In this document: piece by piece, positions 1 to 12,400 of the stretch
How the letters are laid out: every line of letters begins with the position of its first letter
How positions within the stretch are numbered: position 1 is the first letter of the stretch
Assembly (NCBI RefSeq): GCF_001194135.2
Contig: NC_068984.1
Span: 17,608,754-17,672,678 of the forward strand
Direction: 5' to 3'
Length of the DNA: 63,925 nt
From: Octopus bimaculoides
Lineage: Eukaryota
The notes under the pieces: model-generated
The model's input: the letters and a program-made list of their open reading frames with translations, nothing else
Database searches by the model: none
Told to the model about the DNA's origin: nothing
Translations under genes and position numbers: made by a program

Positions 1-346
1 TGTCATAGGTGCCCTGGGAATGACAGCGAAACGGGCTGATTACTACCTAAATCAGATTCCAGGAAACCCCAAAATGGCTGAAGTTCAAAAGATAGTGCTC
101 ATGGGAACTGCCCATATCCTACGTAAAATACTGTCTATGTGATCTCAAATTTTAAAGCAAACACATAATTTTCTTATGGTTTCTTAAACATTCACTTGAA
201 CAAAACTGTACAAATCCAAATATATGGTACCCTAGGCATAACACCTACATGAACTTCTAACTTGTTGTCTCTTGAGGTCTCTGGGTGAGACTTGGATCCA
301 ACTTGTACAAATGCAAAACAAAAGTCAAACATAAAATAATAATAAT
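1..346 (+). mobile_element. 3' end of an RLE-encoding non-LTR retrotransposon (R4/Dong-like): ORF C-terminus, 3'UTR, (TAA)n tail
   Basis: Frame from nt 2 reads VIGALGMTAKRADYYLNQIPGNPKMAEVQKIVLMGTAHILRKILSM* (stop 140-142), like the C-terminus of R4/Dong-type ORFs; element ends in ATAAAATAATAATAAT at 331-346. Confidence 0.75.
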
Positions 347-558
347 GGTTTCAAATTTTGGCACAAGGCCACCAATTTTAGGAGAAGTTGCAAAGTTGAT
401 TACATCAACCCAGTACACAGCTGGTACTTATTTTATTGACTGAAAAAACGAAAGGCTGACTTGACCTTGGTGGTATCTGGAATCAGAATATAAAGATGGA
501 TGAAATGCTATTAAGCATTTTGTCCTGCACGTTAACGATTTTGCCAGCTCATTGCCTT
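347..558 (-). mobile_element. SINE family B (tRNA-like head, central GTCGACTTTGCCTTTCATCC domain), diverged
   Basis: Reverse strand begins AAGGCAATGAGCTGGCAAAATCGTTAAC; matches other B copies; (TAA)n abuts the head. Confidence 0.75.
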
Positions 559-660
559 AATAATAATAATAATAATAATATGTTGTGACTTGACAGACAG
601 TACAAACCCCTGATAGACACAATATCTTCAATCAACAACATCACGATATTGGATACTGCA

Positions 661-880
661 TAAGGCGGTGAGCTAGCAGAAACGTAAGCATGCCAGGCAA
701 AATGCTAAGCGGTATTTCGTCAAACTTTATGTTCTGAGTTCAAATTCTGCTGAGGTCAACTTTGCCTTTTGTCGTTTTGGAGTCAATTAATTAAGTACCA
801 GCTGTGTACTGGGGTCGATCAAATCGACTGGCCCCCTCCCCCAAAATTTCAGACCTTGTGCCTACAGTAGAAGGGATATT
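661..880 (+). mobile_element. SINE family B, tail type B2, with target-site duplication
   Basis: Head AAGGCGGTGAGCTAGCAGAAACG, B-box-like GAGTTCAAATTC, tail CCTTGTGCCTACAGTAGAAGG; GATATTGGATACTG duplicated at 645-658 and 875-888. Confidence 0.9.
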
Positions 881-954
881 GGATACTGTAGTATGTCTTT
901 AATAATAATAATATAAAACATAACCTGTAATATCTAATACAGGGTCTAAATTGT

Positions 955-1170
955 TGATGTTTAACCCCAGGCCTACCCTGCTTGAACAAACCTAGGATCA
1001 AAGATATTCCAGCTGCAATCATTCCCTGCTTTTTATTTAAAACAGTAAATCTAAACCACATTATCCATTGTGTTCCTGTCATTTCAGAAAACGACAGTGT
1101 GTGATTTGAGGGAAATTTAGCTGCTGTTCCTGGCAAGCTGAGTGGCTGTTTAGTGATTTTCTCATTGGCT
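955..1170. repeat. Unclassified interspersed repeat (family F)
   Basis: Similar to 28560-28755 (TTAACCCYAG...ATTCCAGC...GATTTRGCTGCT pattern); partial copies near 26400-26450 and 57230-57320. Confidence 0.5.
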
Positions 1171-1482
1171 CTCAACATGGTCTATATTTCAGAGAAGCAT
1201 GTGTTTGTTGTTTTCCATCAAAGGAATTGCTTGATTTGTTCATGATAGAAAAATCCATGAAATATGTGCAAATTGTTAAAAGTCAATCCGCAAAGAATAT
1301 CTGCATACTTGGCCATATGCAAATTATAAAGATACACAGATAAAGAAAATTGAAAGCAGCATCCTTAAAGATAAAGGCAATTTATGCTCTGACATGTGCG
1401 ATATTAACTGGGAAATATATTTAAACAAGGCATACATACACTTCATACACATAATTTGTATATGGGGATATATTAAACATTC

Positions 1483-1675
1483 ATATATATATATACATAT
1501 AATATATATATATATATATANNNNNNNNNNNNNNNNNNNNNNNNNNNNNNNNNNNNNNNNNNNNNNNNNNNNNNNNNNNNNNNNNNNNNNNNNNNNNNNN
1601 NNNNNNNNNNNNNNNNNNNNTATATATATGTATGTATATACATACATGCATATATACATACATATACATACACTA
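1483..1675. repeat. (TA)n/(TACA)n microsatellite spanning an N gap
   Basis: Direct reading; source of the spurious YI-rich ORFs. Confidence 0.95.
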
Positions 1676-1872
1676 TGATAGATCGCTATCCACTAAACCT
1701 TTTTCTATTTTCTCTCCCTGTGTATTTCTGTGTTCCTTTCCGTCAAAGAGCTTAGGTTCGAAACCTAAAAGACTTTCTCACTTCCCGAGCATTAAACTAA
1801 TACATCTGTTTGTTGCTTACACACCCGTCTTCGTCTTTTGTTTTTTTGTAAATTCACACTATATATATATTT
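1676..1872 (+). mobile_element. Penelope-like pLTR relic with a degenerate hammerhead-like motif (1735-1771)
   Basis: CTTT-CCGTCAA-AGAGC-ttag-GTTC-GAAAC-CTA-AAAG keeps the stem I, stem II and GAAA layout but the core is mutated; flanked by (TA)n. Confidence 0.4.
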
Positions 1873-2104
1873 CGTTTTTGTATTTGGTTTGCAAGATTCT
1901 TTATGTGAATTTGTGTGTTGAAGCATATTTTATTGTGTCTGGGGAGAGTCATTCTCTTTTAGAGCCCTATTAATTTAACACACTGAGTTCCACTCATTTT
2001 TTTTTACTATAATTTTCAATGCGAAATGCAACCTTTGCAATAGTCTTTGACTCTGACCATTATCAGAAGTGTGTTCTTTTTTCGTTTTTCTATGCAACCA
2101 GAGA

Positions 2105-2222
2105 ATTGCCTAGCCTCCAACTGTCTGTTTTGGCATGGTTTCTATGGCTGGATGCCCTTCCTAATGTCAACCATTTTACAGAATGTAGTGGGTGCTTTTA
2201 TGTGGCATCAGCATAGATGCAT
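2105..2222 (-). mobile_element. Family A (LINE 3'UTR) diverged fragment
   Basis: GGTTTCTATGGCTGGATGCCCTTCCTAATGTCAACCA matches the family A consensus in this window. Confidence 0.7.
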
Positions 2223-2228
2223 TTATGT

Positions 2229-2272
<44 letters not shown>

Positions 2273-2282
2273 NNNNNNNNNN

Positions 2283-2320
<38 letters not shown>

Positions 2321-2614
2321 CACACACATACATGTATATATTGGTCAGTAGTTCATAAATCCAAAATAACCATACTCTAAAAGCAGAGCAGAAATATTTA
2401 GAAAGTTGTTTGTTATGGCCAGTCAGAGATTGACCATTGGTTTTGCACCTATAAAGTGCTCAGCTGTGTATATGTGCATACATATACGCACCCACACACA
2501 CACATGTACTCACTACCATTATAAAAGTGGTTTGGAAGAATCATTTGAATGTCAGAAAAAGTGATTTGTAGAATTTATTCAGATGCTTTTCCAGCTGAGC
2601 TGAAATCCTACTTT

Positions 2615-2745
2615 TTGTAAACTTTACCTTTCGTCCTTTTGAGGGTCGATAAAAATAAGACACCAATCATGTACTGGGATCGATGCAATTGAATAACTAA
2701 CCCTTCGCCTCTAAACAGCTAGCTTTGTGCCTTAATTAGGAACTA
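2615..2745 (+). mobile_element. SINE family B, 5'-truncated and diverged
   Basis: ACTTTACCTTTCGTCCTTTTGAGGGTCGATAAAAATAAG central domain. Confidence 0.6.
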
Positions 2746-4162
2746 TTGTATCTACTCATTATTTCATTGGAACATTCATTAGAAAACATCACAAAAAATA
2801 TCAAACAGTAAAAACAAATAAAACATGAGAAAGGTTTCTCATGAGGTGCGAAGAATCTCAGCAATTCTTTACAGCTGTTTCTTGGTTTCAATGTTCTGTA
2901 GGTGCAAATAATGTGCTTTTGAATTTCTAAAAGTAAAGGTTCATTATCTTTCTCAGTTCACATCATTCCACCCCACCACCAGTCCTTATGCGCATGAAAT
3001 TTGCCCATAATACTAAACAGCTGACTGACATTCTACAAGTAGTAGCTAAATTTCCTTAAAATCACCTGAGTAGGGGCGGCACAAAACCAGCTCCCCATGC
3101 TCCTCCTTTTCTGCTGCCACCATTGCTACTACCAGAGCCACAACCACCACCACTATCCCTCCTTCTCTTCCTCCTTTTCCTCCTTCTCTCCTGTTCTTCT
3201 TTCTCATCAGTCATTTTGACCCTGAGTTCAAATCCAGTTTGAGCTGACTTTGTCTTTCATTTTCTGCAAGGTCAACAGAATGAATAATGCCAATTAAATG
3301 GTCTACTAACAAAGTTACAAATCAATGTCATACTTCTTTGTACTGCTGGAGGACAAAGAGAGTCATTTCAAAGAAACTGTTTCTCCATACAGCAGTTTTA
3401 GTGTGGGGGCGGAGGCGAAGGAGGGGGGGGGGACAAGAAAAATACCAAAACAAAAAACTAAAAAAAACTATTGTCAGGAATGGCAAGGCAAAAATCAGTC
3501 AAAGAACCCAGAAATTCACTCCAATAAGGAAAAATTTGAAGGTTTATTATTTTTTTTTACTACAAACTTACAAATGTATTTCGTGCTGTCATAAAAACAT
3601 CAGAAGAAATAAACAGAATCAGGGATTGGTTGGTTGAGTTTACATCAGTTTAAATGCGGTGATCGATATTTTATTAAGAAACGCAATAAATGTCAAAGGT
3701 TGCATCACTTCAAGGAAAATTACTTTGGAAAAAAAATGAGAGAAAGCTTCTGTAACTCTTGCTTTTCTACTGAATATAAATAAAACAAAAAATGTAAATG
3801 TTACATGAACAAGTAATAAACTGTGTATGAAATAACCTATTACATAGTAATGACATTGGAAGGATATTGCTAGACTGTCTGATGTACTGATGTACAAAGA
3901 AGAATGGATAAAGATTTAACATCTAACCAGGATGTTATAGGTTCTCTGATCTGAAATGATTGGTCAATCCCTCAAAATAAAATTACAGACATTCTGTGGA
4001 TGTAAGACATGACAGCGCTATCAAGAGGTTTGCTTTGCAATGATGTGGTTCTTGGTTCTATTACAGGAAGCAGCACTTTAAAGTGTTTCTTCTTTGATAG
4101 CTTCCGTCGGACCGATATCTTGTGAGTGAAATTCAGTAGGCAGAGATTGTGTGAAAGTCAGT

Positions 4163-4376
4163 TCTCTCTCTCTCATATGTGTGTTCATTATATATATACA
4201 TATGAGTACGTGTGTGTGTGTGTGTGTGTGTGTGTATTTGTGTGTATGAAATGATGAGGAGGATAACAATAACATTCATACATACATACTTAACACACAC
4301 ACACGCACACATATACATACACACACATACATATATATACGCACATATATATACATATATACATATATACATTATA
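4163..4376. repeat. (TC)n, (TG)n and (CA/TA)n microsatellites
   Basis: Direct reading. Confidence 0.9.
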
Positions 4377-4697
4377 TATCATCATCATCGTCGTTTAACG
4401 TCCGCTTTCCATGCTAGCATGGGTTGGACGATTTGACTGAGGACTGGTGAAACCGGATGGCAACACCAGGCTCCAATCTAATTTGGCAGAGTTTCTACAG
4501 CTGGATGCCCTTCCTAACGCCAACCACTCAGAGAGTGTAGTGGGTGCTTTTACGTGTCACCCGCACGAAAACGGCCACGCTCAAAATGGTGCATCTCATG
4601 TGCCACCCGCACAAGAACCAGTCCAGGGGCACTGGCAACGATCTCACTCGAAAATCCTACGGGAGCCAGTCAGGCGGTACTGGCAACGGCCACGCTC
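4377..4697 (-). mobile_element. Family A: LINE 3'UTR copy with (TGA)n tail, runs into N gap inside its minisatellite
   Basis: CATCATCATCGTCGTTTAACGTCCGCTTTCCATGCTAGCATGGG..., near-identical to 16570-16730, 27787-28235 and 31290-31612. Confidence 0.9.
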
Positions 4698-6091
4698 NNN
4701 NNNNNNNNNNNNNNNNNNNNNNNNNNNNNNNNNNNNNNNNNNNNNNNNNNNNNNNNNNNNNNNNNNNNNNNNNNNNNNNNNNNNNNNNNNNNNNNNNNNN
4801 NNNNNNNNNNNNNNNNNNNNNNNNNNNNNNNNNNNNNNNNNNNNNNNNNNNNNNNNNNNNNNNNNNNNNNNNNNNNNNNNNNNNNNNNNNNNNNNNNNNN
4901 NNNNNNNNNNNNNNNNNNNNNNNNNNNNNNNNNNNNNNNNNNNNNNNNNNNNNNNNNNNNNNNNNNNNNNNNNNNNNNNNNNNNNNNNNNNNNNNNNNNN
5001 NNNNNNNNNNNNNNNNNNNNNNNNNNNNNNNNNNNNNNNNNNNNNNNNNNNNNNNNNNNNNNNNNNNNNNNNNNNNNNNNNNNNNNNNNNNNNNNNNNNN
5101 NNNNNNNNNNNNNNNNNNNNNNNNNNNNNNNNNNNNNNNNNNNNNNNNNNNNNNNNNNNNNNNNNNNNNNNNNNNNNNNNNNNNNNNNNNNNNNNNNNNN
5201 NNNNNNNNNNNNNNNNNNNNNNNNNNNNNNNNNNNNNNNNNNNNNNNNNNNNNNNNNNNNNNNNNNNNNNNNNNNNNNNNNNNNNNNNNNNNNNNNNNNN
5301 NNNNNNNNNNNNNNAGGATAAAAACCAAAAACAAAATCAAGAGATTTGGTGAATAAAATTTGAAGTTAAGCAACAAAAATTCAATAGGTTATAGCAGTAC
5401 GTAGGTTCCGTACAAGCTCCATTTATTCATGTAGTGAGAACACAACAGAAAATACAATGAAAATGTACTCCTCAGCTGCATAATGGAATTTCATTTTAGA
5501 AAGTCATTTTGAAGATGTTTGCAAAAAACAAGAGTAAGAGAAGAAAACACATCTCGACTATGCTGCTGTTTCACAGACAAGTGAATCAAACAAGAATTTA
5601 AAATCTAATTGGAGGGATAGTAGTAATTTCAAATTTAGAGGAAGGCAGGTTAAGTAGTGGTGGACAGCAGGTTAGGGGTAAATCAAGCATGATATAAATA
5701 TATATATACAAAAGATTTCTATCCTATTTTGAATTTATTAATCAAATATATATCTGGAATATATTCAATGCTGGATTTTATTCCACTTTAAACACGTGTA
5801 CCGAGAGCAACTCAAAAAGATAACCACTTTTTTGCAGAGATGTATAGAGATAAACATCATTCCGTTTGCTTTGTTGGTATGCAGTCACCCATGCATACCG
5901 GACTCCCCTCTCCATACTAATTAGACGATTATTATTTTTATTTTTACATCCACACCATTATTGCCCCATTTTTCTTCGATGCCCATCCCACTGGATTTTT
6001 CTACTACCCACAAGAGGGTAGGACTGCCTACTTTGGGAACTGCTGATCTAACCCATGCCAGCACGGAAAACAGATGTTGAATGCTGCTACT

Positions 6092-6362
6092 GATGGTGAT
6101 GATAATGATGATGATGATGATGATGATGATCATCATCATCATCATCATCATCATCTAACGTCTGCTTTCCATGCTAGCATGGGTTGGACGATTTGACTGA
6201 GGGCTGGCAAGCCAGGAGGCTGCACCAGGCTCCAATCTGATCTAGTAGAGTTTCTGCTGGATGCCCTTCCTAATGCCAACCACTCCGAGAATGTAGTGGG
6301 TGCTTTTACGTGCCACTGGCACAAGGGCCAGTCAGGCAGTACTGGCAACGATGATGATGATG
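6092..6362 (-). mobile_element. Family A copy embedded in a (GAT)n microsatellite
   Basis: Family A body at 6130-6348 with (GAT)n on both sides. Confidence 0.85.
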
Positions 6363-6609
6363 ATATATTGAGAGAGAAAGGGAGAGAGAGAAAGAGAGGG
6401 AGAGAGAGAAAGAGGAAGAATGAGGTTCAGACCTGTTTGTGATTGCATTGTTCTTGGCGTTGGTGTTTGTATAATTTCTACCAAGAATCTTTCAAATGAA
6501 AATTGCAAGATCTTTGGTGCAGCTGCTGCTAACGTTGACTACATTTATTCCTCAATAGAAAGTGTCTCAGTAAAGCACTGGAGTATTGAGCCAATGTCAG
6601 TCACTTCAC

Positions 6610-6746
6610 ATATATATGTGCGTGTGAATGAGTGTATAAATATCTATCTATATATATGTATATACATACATACATACATACAAACACAAATACACATGCA
6701 CATACATATTTATGTATATGTATGTGTGTGTGTATATATATATATG

Positions 6747-6793
<47 letters not shown>

Positions 6794-7225
6794 NNNNNNN
6801 NNNNNNNNNNNNNNNNNNNNNNNNNNNNNNNNNNNNNNNNNNNNNNNNNNNNNNNNNNNNNNNNNATACATACACACATATGCACATACATATGTATGTA
6901 TATGTATGAAATATATGTGAATATATTTATGTGTATATATATATGTGTGTGTGTGTGTATGTATACATACATATATACACACACATATACATGTATATAT
7001 ATACATACATATATACATACATATATACATACATATATACATACACACACATATACATATATATATATATACATATATATATACATACACACACGCACAC
7101 ATGCACATATGTACACACACACATATATATAGGTGTCATGTATATGCACGTTAATATATGAGTGTGCGTGTGGTGTACATACATACATACATACATACAT
7201 ACATACATACATACACATACACACA
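6610..7225. repeat. Compound (TA)n/(CA)n/(TACA)n microsatellite with gap
   Basis: Direct reading. Confidence 0.95.
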
Positions 7226-8267
7226 CCAACCACACAACAATAAAAACAACAGTGAACACAAGAGCCTAATGCATAATCACATATTTAAAATTCTGTTTCG
7301 GTCCTTTTATCAAGTTAGCTTATCTATAATTTATTGTTATATTTTTTGGTTAGTTGCTTTCTTCACATAGGAATTTTTTCTGTTTGTTTTCTAGATTTAA
7401 CCAACCATAAAGATCATGGTTTGTTCCAAAGATAACACCATTTGCTTATATATTTTTATTTTATTTTTATTTTATTTTTATTTTATTTTTATTTTAAAGT
7501 TCTCTGTAAATGGGATTCAAAATCATATTCAAAATATATTCTTAAACTTATGTTTATTGGCATCAGTGAAACTCTCTTTGTTACAGTCAGTTCACAGAAT
7601 ATGTGCAAGGGTTAGTTACTTTGCTGGAAAAAATCAATTTAGACTAATCTTAACATTTATCACTTTGATATATATTAAAAAAAAAAAAAAAATTTTTTTT
7701 AGAACATAATTACGTAGATAAAATATAAAACTAAATAAATGCATAGTTAAACAATGAAAAAAATAATACCGAAACAAAACAAAACACACATAAAAAAAAA
7801 ATCCGAAAATATAACTACCAAGAAAAATAAAGAAAAAAAGAGGATTTATGTCTACATTTAGAAACGGGGTAGACAACCTATTAGCATTCTTTGATCAAAA
7901 ATAAGGACAGAAATATGTTTCAAAGATAAAATAAAAATATACTATCAATTTTTATAGTAAATGTTGGTGGTTCATATGCTGAATTTTATCCCTCCGCTAT
8001 AGGTTTAAGGGTCTCAGTATAACTCCTAAACAGATAAGTAAAAACAATAAATAATTGTATCTTAGATCTCGTATACAATATGCGTGTGTGTGTGTGTGTG
8101 TGTGTGTATTACATATTATTTTACTCCCTTTTTATCTTTATGAATATTTTCATTGCATGTACGCTATGCTTAGCTTCTGCTTATTGTGTTTATATAGTAT
8201 ATGTATGTATATCTATGTTTCTATAAGGAAATACACACATACATACGTATGCATAAATCTTCATGTG

Positions 8268-8302
<35 letters not shown>

Positions 8303-8619
8303 GTATATACAAACATATGTCTATAGCATATCTATCTATCGTATATATGTATATATGAATTAATAGTTGTTTTTATATGTAGTCATATACAATATAACAG
8401 TTAAGCATTAAACTGATGAATCACTCAATATCTTTCATTAGAGAAACATATTTATTTATTTTTATGAGGAAAAGGCTCATAGCTACTTCAAAGTTTTGGC
8501 ATAACCTTAATCAGATGGTTGTCTGATGAAAGCAACATAGATGCAACCTTAAAGTAACTCTCTGACCATCAATGTTTGCCATACAATATATAACTATATA
8601 TATATATATATATATATAT

Positions 8620-8975
8620 GATCGTTACCAGCATCGCCTTACTGGCACTTGTGCTGGTGGCACGTGAAAAACCATTTGAGCGAGGTCACTGCCAGTGCCG
8701 CTGGACTGGCTCCTGTGCAGGTGGCACGTAATAAACACCATTTTGTGCATGGCCATTGCCAGTACCACCTGACTTGCACTCGTGCTGGTGGCACGTAAAA
8801 GCACCCACTACACTCTTGGAGTGGTTGGCATTAGGAAGGGCATCCAGCTGTAGAAACTCTGCCAGATCAGATTGGAACCTGGCGCAGCCTTCTGGTTTGC
8901 CAGTCCTCAGTCAAATCATCCAACCCATGCTTGCATGGAAGGCGGACGTTAAATGATGATGATGATGATGATGAT
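8620..8975 (+). mobile_element. Family A copy with about 3 minisatellite units and (TGA)n tail
   Basis: Units CCAG...GGTGGCACGT at about 8628, 8692 and 8759, then GCATTAGGAAGGGCATCCAGCTGTAGAAAC...GGACGTTAAATGATGATG. Confidence 0.9.
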
Positions 8976-9002
8976 ATGTATATGTATGTATGTATGTATG
9001 TA

Positions 9003-9252
9003 TATCATCATCATCATCATTGTTTAATGTTCATTTTCCATGCTGGCATGGATTGGATGGTTTGACAAGAACTGGCCAGCTGGGGAGTTGTTCAGATTCC
9101 AAATTTTCTGATGTGGTGTGGTTTCTACAGCTGGATGCTCTTCCTAATGCCAACCACTTTACAGAGTGCACTGGGCATTTTTTTATGTGCCACCAGCAGA
9201 GGTACGTTTATGCAAAAATGGCACAAGGGCATTTTATATGGCACTGGCACCT
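9003..9252 (-). mobile_element. Family A diverged copy
   Basis: TCATCATCATTGTTTAATGTTCATTTTCCATGCTGGCATGG...CTGGATGCTCTTCCTAATGCCAACCAC. Confidence 0.8.
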
Positions 9253-9374
9253 GTAAAGGACAAACCTGTATGTATGGATGAAAGTAATGATACTTGGTTT
9301 AATGCATCCTCCCAAGTACAGCGAATCAGTACAACTCCCAGTTGGCACTTCTTTATGCTGCTGTCCAGGTACAG

Positions 9375-9532
9375 CCATGGCTGTGTGGTGGAGTTTTTCA
9401 CTTCCCAACCACGAGATGTTAGGTTCAGTTCCCCTTCATGGTACCTTGGGCAAAGTGTTGTCTACCATAGCCTTGGGTTGAGCAAAACCTTACAAGTGGA
9501 TTTGGTAAAGGGAAGTAACAGCAGCCTGTCAT
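9375..9532 (+). mobile_element. SINE family C (tRNA head plus CORE-like CCTTGGGCAAGT segment), diverged
   Basis: GGCTGTGTGGT...GGTTCAGTTCCC...CCTTGGGCAAAGTG...GTGGATTTGGTA. Confidence 0.7.
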
Positions 9533-9609
9533 GTCTATGGGTAGTGGTAGTGGTGGTGTGTGGGGGGGTTGTGAGGTGTAAGTTTCTCCTTGTCTTAGCA
9601 TCTGATTAA

Positions 9610-9615
9610 GAGAGA

Positions 9616-9650
<35 letters not shown>

Positions 9651-9665
9651 TCTTGCCTTCCCCAT

Positions 9666-9711
<46 letters not shown>

Positions 9712-9832
9712 AGATCTTGCCTTCCCCTTTTCAGAGAGAGAGAGAGAGCAGATTTTGCCTTCCCCTTTTCAGAGAGAGAGAGAGAGAGAGAGCAGATCTT
9801 GCCTTCTCCCTTTCAGAGAGAGAGAGAGAGGA
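9610..9832 (+). repeat. Composite minisatellite: 24-nt motif YAGATCTTGCCTTCCCCTTTTCAG alternating with (AG)n
   Basis: Motif at 9647-9670, 9711-9734, 9749-9772, 9793-9816. Confidence 0.9.
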
Positions 9833-9869
9833 CTAGATTTTTATGCAACTCTATATAAATATTAGGACC

Positions 9870-12110
9870 TACAAATTTCTGACCGGTCAAAACAACACAT
9901 GATTTGGCAGTCAAAATAGTGTTGTTACAAGCTCAAATGTTAGTAAAATGATCTCACATCAGTTGAAGCATTGTTTTAGTTTCTTGCCATAAAGTGTTGC
10001 TGATTGTAAACTTCCCCTGTAGTTCAAAGTTAAACAAACACACTTCTTAAACAGATTAAGTATGACAGAACAGAACCAAAGCAAAGTCCCCTTGCTTGGC
10101 ATCATAGTTCAAGTCAAAATAGTTAAACTATTCTGCATTTGGTTGCAATGATGCTTTCGTTCCTTCATGGATGGAGATGACATTTAAACATTTAGCATCT
10201 TTCAAGGAATGCTCAAGTTAACCTGAACATTCTAAAAGCTTGATGAGGCCAAGAAAGATCACATAGAACTCTTTAGTTTATTCTGTAACCTTTTACAGTG
10301 AATGAGAAATCATGTCTGTTGTTATTTGGCCAGGCCTAAATCCACACTCACCTTTGGGATATACAGTCAACAAAACTGGAATTGAAATAATCTAAGATGA
10401 TGGACGTGCAATAATTTTTGCTGCTATAGAAAACAGAAAGATACCTCTGTGATTTTCATCTCCACACCTCTTGCCTTTGTGTTTGTACAAAAGAATAAAG
10501 TCTCTGTAAACTACAGCAGTACAGAACAGAACATTGCTGCCTCAATAAAGTTAAAAATTCTGTTAGCTTACTAATGAGCAAGCTGCAGGCAGAATACCAT
10601 TAAAACCAGGAGACTGGCTATTTACAAGTTACTTTATGATTGATTTTATCTCTGCCAAAACTGGAATGGAAACAAGAGAATCTGTTACTGGCCTCTGGTG
10701 TAATTTGTTAATTACTGACTTAACAACCTTCAATTCTCTATTTAAAACATTGTTAAAATGTTCTGCCTCTAGTTTTAAAATATTACTACTATTACTGAAG
10801 CGATTATCTCCAGGAAAACTTTCATTGGCTGAAAGCCCAGATACACCTTTTAAGCATTTAAGGTGTTTTAGAATGATTTAACATCTTGTCTATTAGTTGC
10901 CCCTTGAAGACCAATATTATTTTATTCGATTAAGTCTTACCTGTATGGTAGATATAGCAGACTAGACAAAAGAATTTATATTTCCTATCCAGAAGTAATA
11001 CAAGCTATACCTATTCCCAAAAGCTGGTTGTACTTCAAGGCTATTTTCTTCAAATCAATCCTTATTTCATAAAGGACAAAGTCTAAAATTTCTCTTAAAG
11101 GTTTATATCTTACTTGGAGACATAATTCAACATCGTCATCATCATCATCGTCGTCGTTTAACGTCCGCTTTCCATGCTAGCATGGGTTGGACGATTTGAC
11201 TGAGGACTGGTGAACCAGATGGCTACACCAGGCTCCAATCTGATTTGGCAGAGTTTCTACAGCTGGATGCCCTTCCTAACGCCAACCACCACTTCGAGAG
11301 TGTAGTGGGTACTTTTTCATGCCACCGACACGAAGGCCAGTCAGGAGGTACTGGCAACGGCCACGCTCAAAATGGTGTATTTTACATGCCACCTGCACAG
11401 GGGCCAGTCCAGCGGTACTGGCAATGAACTCGCTTGAATGTCTTTTCACATGTCTGAAAAATTATCCATGTAAATTTTTATTCACAACCCATGGTATTGC
11501 TTTCTGATTGCATCTAACTAGCACTACCATCTTCATACCAATACTGAGTAATCGAACCAACTTTCCTTTGTCTTGTAAGATTGAATGAGTTTAACATCCG
11601 AATGATAACAATGATGAGAAATCACATAATGAACAAAGTAGATATAAATAACGTGATCTTAGATGTCTGCAACTGGTTTTGTATCTGTTCATGGAATGAT
11701 CATATTCTCATAAGGAAAGGAGCAAGAAACCTTTGGAGTTAATATTGCCACTGCCATAACTACTAAGAATGCTTCCAAGCCAAATTATCATGACTCTTAC
11801 CTGCATTCAAATTTCTCATTAGATTAATCTCACTACAATGGTGAAGCCTCTTAACATCTCACAGAACTAAATAAGATTTCCCTTTGAGAGACATTATTCA
11901 TGTAAACCTTAAGCACTTACCTTTGCAACTTATTGGAACATAAAATGTCATCAATTGATCTTTTCTACTTACTAGCAGAAATTTTCAGGATATGGCAAAA
12001 ATCTTTGCAAAGAGTAAAATCAACTCCAGACCCAAGTTTCCTTTAAACAGACATGCCAATTTACTAAGTCTGTTGGAAGATCAAATATTTCAAGAATTAA
12101 AAAACAATGG
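9870..12110 (-). mobile_element. Heavily decayed RTE-clade LINE ORF2 (APE endonuclease + RT), interrupted by a family A insertion
   Basis: Manual reverse-strand translation gives, in the expected order: GSGNINSKGFLLLSL (~11750), KTSCRHLRS (~11675), D*FEEN (~11050), EHFNNVLNRE (~10755), PVLAEIKSIIK*LVNSQSPGFNGILP (~10660-10585), LYKHKGKRCGDENHRGIFLFSIAAKIIAR (~10490-10405), ECGFRPG (~10345), AKQGD (~10095); many stops and frameshifts. Confidence 0.8.
11130..11424 (-). mobile_element. Family A copy nested in the decayed RTE
   Basis: CATCGTCATCATCATCATCGTCGTCGTTTAACGTCCGC... through two minisatellite units. Confidence 0.9.
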
Positions 12111-12400
12111 AATAATTAAATCTTTTTTGAAAGACTTCCAGAAAACCAAATTCTTAATTTAAAAACAAGAACACAACAAATTCAATAAAAAGTGTACTTA
12201 CAAATCACCCTTCAAACCACTGTGTAAAAACATATTCCATCAGCCTTGTCATGATTTCTACATGGCAAGCAAATGTATGTCCTTTTAACTGCTGTTATAC
12301 AAAAAATTACAATCAAAATCTAAGAGAAAATAGCTTAAAGAAAATGTAGAGTGTAGGTCAAGTTTGGACTTCAGAAACTGCAGGATGAGTGAGTAGATTA

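Noticed and set aside
4436-4460. CTGAGGA-ctggt-GAAAC in family A copies, resembling a hammerhead core
   Set aside because: Only 5 nt between the core halves, so no stem II can form; no stem I.
5500-5533. Possible 34-nt micro-exon (TTTCATTTTAG | ... | GTAAGA)
   Set aside because: Good splice signals but no partner exons or recognisable peptide; such matches arise by chance. Needs RNA-seq.
6480-6590. Faint RTE-like peptide hints (IGSIL...SIEE); similar hints at 13560-13740, 21060-21140 and 61590-61760
   Set aside because: Similarity too short and degenerate to support without a profile search.
8515-8560. CTGATGA motif followed by a short GCA/TGC stem
   Set aside because: No GAAA and no stem I or III; at most a very decayed pLTR.
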